NCBI GenBank assembly: GCA_963724765.1
Contig: CAVRVY010000003.1
Coordinates: 992,001 to 1,056,000, forward strand
Direction of reading: 5' to 3'
Source: an uncultured delta proteobacterium
Lineage (GTDB): Bacteria > Desulfobacterota > Binatia > Binatales > Binataceae
Length of the DNA stretch: 64,000 bases
The notes beneath the pieces are model-generated. The model searched no databases. It had not been told where the DNA came from and saw nothing but the letters and a program-made list of their open reading frames with translations. The translations under genes and the position numbers were made by a program. Shown one piece after another: positions 10,556 to 18,968 of this stretch. How positions within the stretch are numbered: the stretch's first letter is position 1; every line of letters starts with the position of its first letter.

Positions 10556-11056
10556 ATGGCAGAACAACACTTTGGGATCGGTAAAGCCGCCCACCTCAGC
10601 AAACTAGGGCGAGCAATGGTCGATTACCTCTGCCGCTCCAACGTCCTCGTGCCCTCCAAGGGCCCGCACCCGGGCCGGGGTAAGGGTCGCCAGTACAGTT
10701 TCGGTGACGTGGTGATGTTACGGGCGCTGAGCCACCTGCTGAAATCCGGCATATCTGTCGCTAAACTGAAGAAAGCGCTCGGAACACTGCGAGCCAGACA
10801 TCACGAGATTACCCTGGAGAAAGCCCCGAAGTATCTCGTTACCGACGGAACTCGGGTTTATTTCGATGACGGCGGGAACGCGGTCGAAGAGCTTTCGGCA
10901 AACGGCCAGATGGTGTTTGCGTTTATCATAAAGTTGAGTCAGGTTCGCGATGATGTGACGAAAGCTCTAAGCAGGTCCGAGACTACCGCGCACCGCAATC
11001 AGGCTGCGAACATACGCTCAGGTCGACGCCGCTCTCTCAACAAGGGCGCGAACTAG
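10556..11056 (+). CDS. MerR-like HTH transcriptional regulator, first gene of the accessory cassette
   Basis: FGIGKAAHLSKL...VDY...PS...GRGKGRQYSFGDV..LR....L...GIS is a typical MerR HTH pattern. Confidence 0.8.
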   Translation: MAEQHFGIGKAAHLSKLGRAMVDYLCRSNVLVPSKGPHPGRGKGRQYSFGDVVMLRALSHLLKSGISVAKLKKALGTLRARHHEITLEKAPKYLVTDGTRVYFDDGGNAVEELSANGQMVFAFIIKLSQVRDDVTKALSRSETTAHRNQAANIRSGRRRSLNKGAN

Positions 11057-11093
11057 TCTCCATCGCAGAAGTACCGACAATGGGGAGCACGTT

Positions 11094-11744
11094 ATGGTCT
11101 CGCAACAAGCGCTCGAAAAGGTCATGCAACTCTCGAACGCCACTTCCGGTCCTGACGGTCCGCGTGCAATCACCGTCCAAGAGCAGCTTCTCGCTCTGCA
11201 ATGGGCTCAGCTCAAACATGATGAGCTCTATCACAAGGAGATCACTCTTCTTCCCGTCGCCGATCGGATGAAGCATTTTGCCCTGCACATGGCGAAGTAC
11301 CTTGGTTATTTCGCCGAGGCCATCGATGCCGACAGCGACCGCTTTGAGCGGACGTTGGTCGACGCCTTCATCATTACGCTGGCGTCCGCGAACACGCTTA
11401 ACTTCGATCTCGGCAAAGCCCTCGGCTGGCAAGAAAATACAGCGCCAGTAAATTTCAAAGCGTTTGGCATTGAACTGGCGACACAGTGCTTCCCTCGAGG
11501 TGAGGATAAGACCTGGTTTCTAAAACAATTTGCTCGCCACTGCGGTCGGCTGGCCAAGGCTTGCGAATCGCTCGATCATGTCGAAAGCCACCCCTTTCGA
11601 GAGGCGATGCTCGCAAGCGTTCTAGATATGTTCAAACTCCTTGTCGCAGAAGGCACGGTTCATCAGATTGATCTTGTCAACAGAGCGAGGGAGCGCCTCC
11701 GTAGCGTGGAAACGAAGAACATCTTTTACAGCTACTATAAGTAG
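11094..11744 (+). CDS. Hypothetical all-alpha protein, probably two tandem MazG/NTP-pyrophosphatase-like repeats with degenerate acidic motifs
   Basis: Repeat 1 HMAKYLGYFAEA...TLVDAF...ANTLNFDL; repeat 2 ARHCGRLAKAC...SVLDMF...HQIDLVNRARERLRSVE, resembling GEL.EA...E.AD...GIDL..A..KL. Confidence 0.5.
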   Translation: MVSQQALEKVMQLSNATSGPDGPRAITVQEQLLALQWAQLKHDELYHKEITLLPVADRMKHFALHMAKYLGYFAEAIDADSDRFERTLVDAFIITLASANTLNFDLGKALGWQENTAPVNFKAFGIELATQCFPRGEDKTWFLKQFARHCGRLAKACESLDHVESHPFREAMLASVLDMFKLLVAEGTVHQIDLVNRARERLRSVETKNIFYSYYK

Positions 11745-11758
11745 CATCGGTAGACCGG

Positions 11759-12646
11759 ATGGCTTTCTGGAGCGGCGAGACTCTTCTCGACAAATTGCCG
11801 GGGCTGATTACTCCGTTCAACCCAGACAATATTGATTGCGCCTCATATACTCTGACGATCGGCCGCGAAATATACGTATCTCCGACCGAAGAAACGCCCG
11901 ATCCGAAATCCACGACAAAGAAGCTACTTGGGTCAGGTGAAGCTTTCTGCATTCCACCCGGGCAATTTGCATTTCTAGTGACCGAGGAGATCGTCACAAT
12001 TCCGCGCAATGCGATCGGACTGATTTCAATGAGGGCTAAGATCAAGTTCAAAGGCTTGGTCAACGTCTCAGGTTTCCACGTTGATCCCGGGTATAGAGGG
12101 CAGCTAACGTATTCCGTTTTTAATGCTGGACCTGCGACGGTCCATTTGGAACAGGGCGAGTCATGCTTTCTGATCTGGTATGCCTACCTCGACCGTGAAT
12201 CTGACAAGGTTAAGAATGATCCCATTCAGAGAGGCTTAAATCCGGACCGCATCAACAGCATTTCGGGTGAACTTCATTCTCTAGAGGCATTAGCGAAGAG
12301 CATTAAGTCTGCTGAGCTGTCATTTACCGACCGTCTGCATAGTCTCGATCAGACTCTCGCCGAGCGGCAACATCGTCTCGAGCAGTCAGTTGGCGAACGT
12401 ATGCATGCTGTCGAAAGCACTCAATCCTACTACAATGCGGTAACGTACATTGGAATTGCGATAGTAGCGGTGATCGTTGGTGCCTCTTTGGATAATTTCT
12501 TCCGTTCGCCATCTCCACCAGTGCAACTGGTGGTTCCGTCTACAGGCGCTGTCGCCGTGGTTCCATCCCCCAGTGTTCTCGCCTTGCCGTCCGCACACCC
12601 CCAACTTACGCAAGCTCCGCATTCTACCCCGTCAAACAGCAAGTGA
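11759..12646 (+). CDS. dCTP deaminase/dUTPase-fold protein with C-terminal coiled coil, TM helix and Pro/Ser-rich tail
   Basis: ASYTLTIG, IPPGQFAFLVTEE, GFHVDPGYRG, VFNAG; hydrophobic AVTYIGIAIVAVIVGASL at about aa 227-244. Confidence 0.85.
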   Translation: MAFWSGETLLDKLPGLITPFNPDNIDCASYTLTIGREIYVSPTEETPDPKSTTKKLLGSGEAFCIPPGQFAFLVTEEIVTIPRNAIGLISMRAKIKFKGLVNVSGFHVDPGYRGQLTYSVFNAGPATVHLEQGESCFLIWYAYLDRESDKVKNDPIQRGLNPDRINSISGELHSLEALAKSIKSAELSFTDRLHSLDQTLAERQHRLEQSVGERMHAVESTQSYYNAVTYIGIAIVAVIVGASLDNFFRSPSPPVQLVVPSTGAVAVVPSPSVLALPSAHPQLTQAPHSTPSNSK

Positions 12647-13674
12647 CCCGAGACGCTCTTCTCGAGAAGTATGCAGTGGTGACTCCGACCTATACGCCTG
12701 TGTTCGATAACTATTGGCAGTTCGCGGTTGAGCGCCAAGAGATGTTCTATCGTCGCCTCAACCATCCGATCGGGCCGTGGACCGACGACACCATTCTTCG
12801 CTCCTATCGGTTCACAAACGCGTATCGCGCCTCAGATCGCGTTAGCCAATATCTCATCCGAGAGGTCCAGTATCGGTCAGATCGGCTGCAATCGCCGCCG
12901 GAGCTGTTTTTTCGGACGTTGCTGTTCAAGATTTTTAACCGAATCGAGACTTGGGATGAAATCGAACGTGAGGTGGGTCCGGTTCTTTGGGAAAGAATCG
13001 ACCTTAACGTCATAGCGCGTGCGCTCGGATCGATGATGCAGCGCGGCATACCCGTCTACTCTGGAGCTTACATAATGCCCGCGCCACCGTTCGGCCGAAG
13101 CAGAAAGCACGAGAATCATCTCGCCCTTCTCGCGCGCATGATGGACGACAGGCTACCTGATCATCTGGAACGGGCCACCTCACTCAGACAAGTCTACGAA
13201 GCCCTGCTTGCGTACCCCGGAATTGGCTCCTTTCTCGCGTTCCAATACACGATCGATCTCAACTATTCGCTCCTCCTCAATTTCAGCGAGGGCGATTTCG
13301 TCGTCGCCGGACCCGGCGCGCTTGACGGTATCGCCAAGTGCTTCGAGAGCATTGGGAAAGCTGCTCCCGAAGATATCATCTCCTGGACCGCGGAGCGTCA
13401 GGACGCCGAATTCGCGCGACTCGGCCTGAGGTTTCAGGACTTATTCGGGCGTCCGCTCCAGCCCATCGACTGTCAGAACATTTATTGCGAAATCGCCAAG
13501 TACGCTCGTGTGTCGCATCCAGAGCTTGCCGGAGTCTCCGGCAGACGGCGTATCAAGCAAAAATTCCATCCAAATCCTCGCCCGATCCCGCCGCTCATGT
13601 ACCCGCCAAAATGGGGCCTCGCAGTTTCCGCGGAAATTGACAGGCGCGGGTCTGACCTGCGGGCCGGTTTCTGA
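12643..13674 (+). CDS. aGPT-Pplase1 / 5-hmdU DNA kinase helical-domain family protein (putative DNA base hypermodification protein)
   Basis: ERQEMFYRR..GPWTDDTIL..YRFTNAYRASDRVSQYL, YSGAYIM, HhH-like YPGIGSFLAFQY, VAGPGALDG, IDCQNIYCEIAKY; GTGA overlap with the upstream gene. Confidence 0.85.
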   Translation: MTRDALLEKYAVVTPTYTPVFDNYWQFAVERQEMFYRRLNHPIGPWTDDTILRSYRFTNAYRASDRVSQYLIREVQYRSDRLQSPPELFFRTLLFKIFNRIETWDEIEREVGPVLWERIDLNVIARALGSMMQRGIPVYSGAYIMPAPPFGRSRKHENHLALLARMMDDRLPDHLERATSLRQVYEALLAYPGIGSFLAFQYTIDLNYSLLLNFSEGDFVVAGPGALDGIAKCFESIGKAAPEDIISWTAERQDAEFARLGLRFQDLFGRPLQPIDCQNIYCEIAKYARVSHPELAGVSGRRRIKQKFHPNPRPIPPLMYPPKWGLAVSAEIDRRGSDLRAGF

Positions 13675-13681
13675 CGCCGAA

Positions 13682-16174
13682 CTAGTGGAACAGTTTATTC
13701 AGCGCACCGCCTAGCGGGTTGCTGCTCGAGGACCCGTTCTTGGAATTGCCGCCGAGGAATTTGTTGAGTAAGCTGCCCGCCTTCTTCTGCATCAGATGCC
13801 CGGCGGCGCGCTGAGCCAGGAACTGGATGTCCGGCTGCACCGAGGGCTTGGGCAACTGTCCGCTAATTCGCACCGGGATATCGATCTGCTTTTGATCGTT
13901 GGCCAGGTAAACCACGTTCTTTTTCTGGGACATCAGCTCGCCGCTCAGCTCCTTCGACAGCAGAAGATGCGCGTTCATGTCGATGTTCTTGTCCAGGTCG
14001 AACCATCCGTCGGCCAGCGCACTGTAATCGGGCGTCGACGCCTTGATGTCGTGCGAGGTGATTTTGGGCCCCTGGATCACACACGTCAGGCTTAACTCGG
14101 TCAGATTGGTGTCGGGCGAATTGAACAGCGTGGGATGACGCGCGACGATCGACGGCGTAATCAGCGTATTGATGCCCGGCAGGCCCTGCACTTTGCGCAT
14201 CGCCTGCGCGGCGATGTTGACGCCGATGAGCTTGCCGTTGGCGACCGCCATCTGGCCGTTGCCGCTAAGCGTCGGCTTGATCTTGTCAAAGGTGGCGCCG
14301 CGGCCTTCCACGCGCACCTGCCCCGTCAACTGCCCGCGTACCGTGTCGGCGGCCTTGGATTTCTGCGATACCAGCGCCTGTTGCAGGTCGATCCCGTGGA
14401 GATTCAGCCCCACATTGAAGACCGGCTCGGCGCCGAGCGTGGCCCGCGCGTTGCCGTCGAGCGTACCGCTGAAAGCTGCCACCTTGAGCGAGCTGATAGT
14501 CACGGCCTGCCCGCCATAAGTCGCGTCGACGGCGAGGTTGCGATACGCAATGTTTTGCGCAGTGCCGGAGGGCGACGTCACTCTCGCGGTCACCGTCGGC
14601 GCGGAAGTGCTGCCCCGGACCGTGCCTTTGACCGCCAGTTGGTCGAGGTGGTCGGCCGCCGTCCCGGGCTTGGGATTGGCGGTCAGCTCGGCCGGCTTCA
14701 CCACGTCGGCGCCGAAATCATAGCTCGCGACTATCGGCTGAATCGATTGCGCGTTGACCGTCAGCCTGGCGTGGCCCGATCCGAGGTTGAACGCCAACGG
14801 ACCCGCCACGGCGCTCTTGCCCGCCATCTTGATGTCGCCGCTGAGTCCGCCCACGATCGCGCGCTTGCCCGGCGGCGTGACGGTCACCGAGGCCAGGGTC
14901 ACGACGCCGTTTACCTCGGGCCGCTTTTGCACCAATTTGACCAGGGCATGAATCTCGGCCTTGCCCGAGGCATTGTACTTGCTGAGCGCGACCAGCATCT
15001 TGCCCATCGAGGCGAGGTCGAACCGATTGCTGTCCACCCGCGCACTGAGGTTCTGGCCGAGCTGAATCTGTCCAGCCTTGAGATTGAGGTCGCCGAGCAC
15101 GAGCGTCGCGCTCTGGATTTCGACCTGCGGCCCCGCTCGGCTGTCTTTTCGCGTTCCGACGGCCGCGAGCTTGAGCGGCACGCCCTCCGCCTTATCGAGC
15201 ACGCCGGTGTATATGACCTGGTTGCCGGTCAGGTCGGTCGTGAGGTTAAACGCTATCGTTTGGATAGTGCCGTCAACCTTGGCGCTGGCCGTGACGGGAT
15301 TGGTCAGCTTGAGTTCCGGCGGCAGCGCCTTGGCAATTTGCGGCACCGCCTTGAGCTGGGCCATCGTGAACGGTCCAAGGTCTAGGCTGAACGCGAGCGG
15401 TATGGCGCTCATATCGATCGCGCCGTTGGTGATTAAAGGCCCGACCTTGCCGGTTAGCGAAAGATTTTTAGTCGTGCCCAGCGCCGCCAAGCTCAGCTTG
15501 ATGTCGACCGGCGTACTGACGCCAAGATTCTCGACGTCCAGGTTGACCGCGCTCACCGTGACCGGCGCCGCGCCCGCGTCCTGATAAACGATCGTGGCAT
15601 CCTCGACGGTCAGGCTCGAGATCGACACTTCGCCGAGCGCTCCCGCGCCCGCCGACGGTTGTCCCGGGGGCTGCGCCTCAGTAAGCGGAGCTGCCTTAAG
15701 CGGCCGCGTGCCGGTGGCCGCCGGCGGCGTGGCCGGCGTGGGGGCCACGGGCTCGCCAGTGGAGGATTTCTTCCCGAGGCTGCCGACGTTCAATTGGCCG
15801 CGCTGGTTGCGGATGATGTGCACGACGGGCTGCTTGAGCGATACCTGATCGATCTCGACGCGGCGGCTCAGCAACGGCATCAACGCGACCCGCGCATAGA
15901 CATCCGCGGCCTCCACGAACGGCGTCTGGGAGAAATTCGGGTCATCCGCGATCGTGACACCGCGGAGATCAGCGATCACGCCCCATCCGAGGCTTGCGTG
16001 GATGTCCTGAACGTCGACCTTGCGGCCGACCGCGTCGCTGGCCTTGGTCAGGATGAGGCCCCGCTGCTTCTGGATGATTCCGTTGAGGTTGAGCACGGCG
16101 TAGAACCCTACCGCGATCACGACCACCACGACGATGCCGACCACGATGATGACTGTCCGGATGAGCTTGCGCAT
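13682..16174 (-). CDS. AsmA-family protein
   Basis: N-terminal TM anchor (MRKLIRTVIIVVGIV...), IADDPNFS..PFV.A, long beta-rich body, IPVRISG.L.KP C-terminus. Confidence 0.85.
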   Translation of the reverse strand: MRKLIRTVIIVVGIVVVVVIAVGFYAVLNLNGIIQKQRGLILTKASDAVGRKVDVQDIHASLGWGVIADLRGVTIADDPNFSQTPFVEAADVYARVALMPLLSRRVEIDQVSLKQPVVHIIRNQRGQLNVGSLGKKSSTGEPVAPTPATPPAATGTRPLKAAPLTEAQPPGQPSAGAGALGEVSISSLTVEDATIVYQDAGAAPVTVSAVNLDVENLGVSTPVDIKLSLAALGTTKNLSLTGKVGPLITNGAIDMSAIPLAFSLDLGPFTMAQLKAVPQIAKALPPELKLTNPVTASAKVDGTIQTIAFNLTTDLTGNQVIYTGVLDKAEGVPLKLAAVGTRKDSRAGPQVEIQSATLVLGDLNLKAGQIQLGQNLSARVDSNRFDLASMGKMLVALSKYNASGKAEIHALVKLVQKRPEVNGVVTLASVTVTPPGKRAIVGGLSGDIKMAGKSAVAGPLAFNLGSGHARLTVNAQSIQPIVASYDFGADVVKPAELTANPKPGTAADHLDQLAVKGTVRGSTSAPTVTARVTSPSGTAQNIAYRNLAVDATYGGQAVTISSLKVAAFSGTLDGNARATLGAEPVFNVGLNLHGIDLQQALVSQKSKAADTVRGQLTGQVRVEGRGATFDKIKPTLSGNGQMAVANGKLIGVNIAAQAMRKVQGLPGINTLITPSIVARHPTLFNSPDTNLTELSLTCVIQGPKITSHDIKASTPDYSALADGWFDLDKNIDMNAHLLLSKELSGELMSQKKNVVYLANDQKQIDIPVRISGQLPKPSVQPDIQFLAQRAAGHLMQKKAGSLLNKFLGGNSKNGSSSSNPLGGALNKLFH

Positions 16175-16385
16175 CACGAGATCCTTTCCCGCCCCGAGGA
16201 GAGTGTATTCTCCACCGAAGCGGGCGCTATGCCAACGCTGCGGCGGCTGTATGGCTCGGCCTTCTGTCGCGCGCGCGATTTTTTCAGGCCGGCCAGGGAG
16301 GCGGCATACCAGTGAAGCGGCATACGTCGTCGCGAGCGGCGCCATGATGCGTATCCTCGCAACAAACGGTAGGCTTTATTCTCAA

Positions 16386-17192
16386 ATGGCCAAGAGGCGA
16401 AAGACCCATCCGCCGCGCAAGGCCCCCGCACCCAGGCCGAAGGCCGAGAAGCCAGCCTTCAGCTCGCCGTTCAAGGACTTAAAGAAGCTGCTGGTCGAGC
16501 GGCCGCATCCCAAGACCCCCGACAAACCGTCGGGCAAGGCCCCGGCCAAAACCCCAGACAAAATCCCGGCGGCTGCCGTGGCCACGCCGATAGCGGAGTC
16601 AGAAGCGGCACTCGACGATGCCACGATGTTCCGCCAGGCCGTCGACGGGGTGCGCCGGCTGGGCGACCAGCGTCCTATGCGCATCGTCCCCAAGCATGAG
16701 GTGACGCTGGAAATCGTTAGCGAAGATGCCGAGGTTCTTGCACAGCTATCGGACCTGGTTTCCGGAGTGGGAGCCTTCGAGCTGACCGAGACCGAGGAAT
16801 ATACCGAGGGGACGCGCCTCGGTCTCGACCCGCGGCTGGTGACGCGCCTTCGCCGGTGTGAATTCGCGGTGCAGGCGCATATCGACCTTCATGGGATGAT
16901 CCAGGCCGACGCCAAGGCGGCACTCGAGGGATTTATCTTAAACTCGGTGCGCAAGGGACTGCGCGCGGTGCTGGTGGTGCACGGCCGCGGCCTGCGCTCG
17001 CCGGGCGGGATGCCGGTGCTCAAGCATGCCGCGTCTCAGTGGCTCTCGCACGGGCACATGGGCGGATACGTGCTGGCGTTTGCGACCGCGCGGCCGGCTG
17101 ACGGCGGTGCGGGTGCGATGTACGTGCTGCTCAGGCGGGATCGGCGTCGGGCCAAATTCGACGTTCTGCAAGGCGCCAAGCGCCGCGACTGA
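16386..17192 (+). CDS. Smr/MutS2 C-terminal domain protein (SmrA/SmrB-like)
   Basis: IDLHG, VVHGRGLRS..G.PVLK, AFATARPADGGAGAMYVLL. Confidence 0.9.
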   Translation: MAKRRKTHPPRKAPAPRPKAEKPAFSSPFKDLKKLLVERPHPKTPDKPSGKAPAKTPDKIPAAAVATPIAESEAALDDATMFRQAVDGVRRLGDQRPMRIVPKHEVTLEIVSEDAEVLAQLSDLVSGVGAFELTETEEYTEGTRLGLDPRLVTRLRRCEFAVQAHIDLHGMIQADAKAALEGFILNSVRKGLRAVLVVHGRGLRSPGGMPVLKHAASQWLSHGHMGGYVLAFATARPADGGAGAMYVLLRRDRRRAKFDVLQGAKRRD

Positions 17193-17271
17193 GTGGAAGG
17201 GCCGCTCCCGAGCAGCCGCCCCTACATCGGAGGGGCGGATTCTGCAGGGGCCGTTCGAGATCGGCCACTTC
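17193..17271. repeat. Degenerate GTAG-type REP-like palindromic doublet
   Basis: Minus strand GTAGGGGCGGCTGCTCGGGAGCGGCCC; plus strand GCAGGGGCCGTTCGAGATCGGCCAC. Confidence 0.4.
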
Positions 17272-17276
17272 AATTA

Positions 17277-17311
17277 CAAAAAGAAAACGGGGCCGGTCTA
17301 ACCAGCCCCGT
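17277..17311 (-). terminator. Rho-independent terminator of the atp F0 operon
   Basis: Minus strand ACGGGGCTGGT-TAG-ACCGGCCCCGT followed by TTTCTTTTT. Confidence 0.8.
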
Positions 17312-17352
17312 CTCCGAGTGTTCACTTTTACTGCAAAAGGCGAATTACTGGG

Positions 17353-17688
17353 TCAAATCTTGCCCTGCAGGATGAACGAGATGACCAGCGAGTACAGGGT
17401 CAACGACTCGACGAACGCGAGTCCGATAATCATCGGGACGAAGAGCTGGTTGGTGCTGTTGGGGTTACGCCCGATCGATTCCATCGCCGAGGCTGCCAGC
17501 TTGCCCTGGCCCACCCCGCATCCGAGCGCCGCGATACCGATACCGAGTCCGGCCCCGAGTCCGATAAGGCCCGCGCGCAAGCCATCGCCGCTGCCGCTGC
17601 TCCCAGCCGCCTGCGCCATCGCGAGCAGCGGACTCGCGAGCACCATCGCCGCCGCCATCGCGAGCCATGTTCCTAACCGTCGAATCAT
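17353..17688 (-). CDS. atpE: ATP synthase F0 subunit c with signal-peptide-like N-terminal extension
   Basis: GxGxG repeats, GQG, RNP loop, LAFVESL. Confidence 0.95.
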   Translation of the reverse strand: MIRRLGTWLAMAAAMVLASPLLAMAQAAGSSGSGDGLRAGLIGLGAGLGIGIAALGCGVGQGKLAASAMESIGRNPNSTNQLFVPMIIGLAFVESLTLYSLVISFILQGKI

Positions 17689-17841
17689 TACGTCTCCTCC
17701 TTGGTTTGCTCGCGGCCATCAGCCAGGTCCATGGCTCTTTTTTCTCCCCTCTATCCTCTTCCACCCCGCGAACCGGACCGAGCCTGGTCGCGAATTTTAT
17801 TGAAATCTTTCGGCGAGCTTTCAGCTTCGCCGGGCCGCACT

Positions 17842-18537
17842 CTATGAGTAATGCGAATGGCTCGCCATCCGGACGTACGAGATCGCCAGGATCACGAAGA
17901 CCAGGGCCTGAACGATACAGACGATCGAGCCCAGTGCGTAGAAGGCCAGCGGAATGACCAGCTTGGTGAGTCCCGTGAACAGCCCCAGCACCTTGTGGTC
18001 GGCGAACATGTTGGCGAAAAGACGGATGCCCAGCGAAAACGGGCGGAACAGATTGTCTGCCACCTCGATCACCACGAAGAACCACGCCAGCCACCACAGC
18101 GGGCCCAGGAAGCTGCGCAGGTAATACAGCCCCTGATGCCTGAAGCCCTGGTAGAGGTAAAAAACAAAGCAGATGATGGCGAGCGCGAAGGTGAGGTCGG
18201 TGTCGTTGGTTGGCGGCTCCATCCCCGGAATGAGGCCGAGGAAATTCGCCGTGAGAATAAACATGAACAGCGTGCCGAAGAAGGGAACGTAATGGCGCGC
18301 GCTGTGACCCTCGAGCACGCCGGCGACGAAGCCGTCGAGCCACTCCGTCATAACTTCGCCAACCGAACGCAGCGTGATTCCACTCTCGGGGACGGTTGGG
18401 TCGGCCGACTCAAACAACGCCCGCCGCGCCAGAAGCCCGAAAACGATCAGGATTCCCATCGCGATCCAAGTGCCGACCACAACCGGCGGGAGATGTACGC
18501 TGCGCGCGATGAGATCGACGAAATTGACCGGGTTCAA
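17842..18537 (-). CDS. atpB: ATP synthase F0 subunit a
   Basis: NFLGLIPG, RPFSLGIRLFANM, QALVF; TTG start after GGAGG. Confidence 0.95.
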   Translation of the reverse strand: MNPVNFVDLIARSVHLPPVVVGTWIAMGILIVFGLLARRALFESADPTVPESGITLRSVGEVMTEWLDGFVAGVLEGHSARHYVPFFGTLFMFILTANFLGLIPGMEPPTNDTDLTFALAIICFVFYLYQGFRHQGLYYLRSFLGPLWWLAWFFVVIEVADNLFRPFSLGIRLFANMFADHKVLGLFTGLTKLVIPLAFYALGSIVCIVQALVFVILAISYVRMASHSHYS

Positions 18538-18566
18538 GCTATCGCCTCCGCGTCGCGCCGAGACCG

Positions 18567-18968
18567 CTATGCGGTCCGCGAAACGCGCCAAGTTTCAACA
18601 AAGATCGCGCCCGGCCAGGTCAGGACGCCGAGCAGAAAGCCCGGAACGTTGATGTTGGTGCGGCTTAGGAGCCAGGCAACGACCGTAACAATAAACAGCA
18701 ATTTCAATGGCGCCGCAACAATCCCGAGCCGGTTGGCGCCACCGCTTTGTGTAGCCACCGCGATTATCCATCGGCCAACGAAGGTCAGCAGGAAAAGATT
18801 CGCGATCATCACCGCGCCGCCGACCGCGCATCCGAGCGCCGCCGCGGGCGAAGCCACCACGAGGAGCATCAAGCTGAGCGTCGCGGTCATCACGGCCGTC
18901 ACGCTCTGAATCCCGGCGATCGTCGGAACTGTCCACGTCATGCGATTAAAAATTCTTACGGCGATCAA
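18567..18968 (-). CDS. atpI: ATP synthase protein I
   Basis: Small four-TM protein directly upstream of atpB. Confidence 0.75.
   Translation of the reverse strand: MIAVRIFNRMTWTVPTIAGIQSVTAVMTATLSLMLLVVASPAAALGCAVGGAVMIANLFLLTFVGRWIIAVATQSGGANRLGIVAAPLKLLFIVTVVAWLLSRTNINVPGFLLGVLTWPGAIFVETWRVSRTA

Noticed and set aside
10397-13690. Prophage, IS or integrative element as carrier of the four-gene cassette
   Set aside because: No integrase, transposase, tRNA target or convincing flanking direct repeat; GAACTAGT near 11051 and 13679 is too short and one copy is internal.
16175-16385. Overlapping N-terminal extensions of the AsmA (to 16345) and Smr (from 16134) ORFs
   Set aside because: These are divergent genes whose plausible starts are 16174 and 16386; the extensions cover the shared promoter region.
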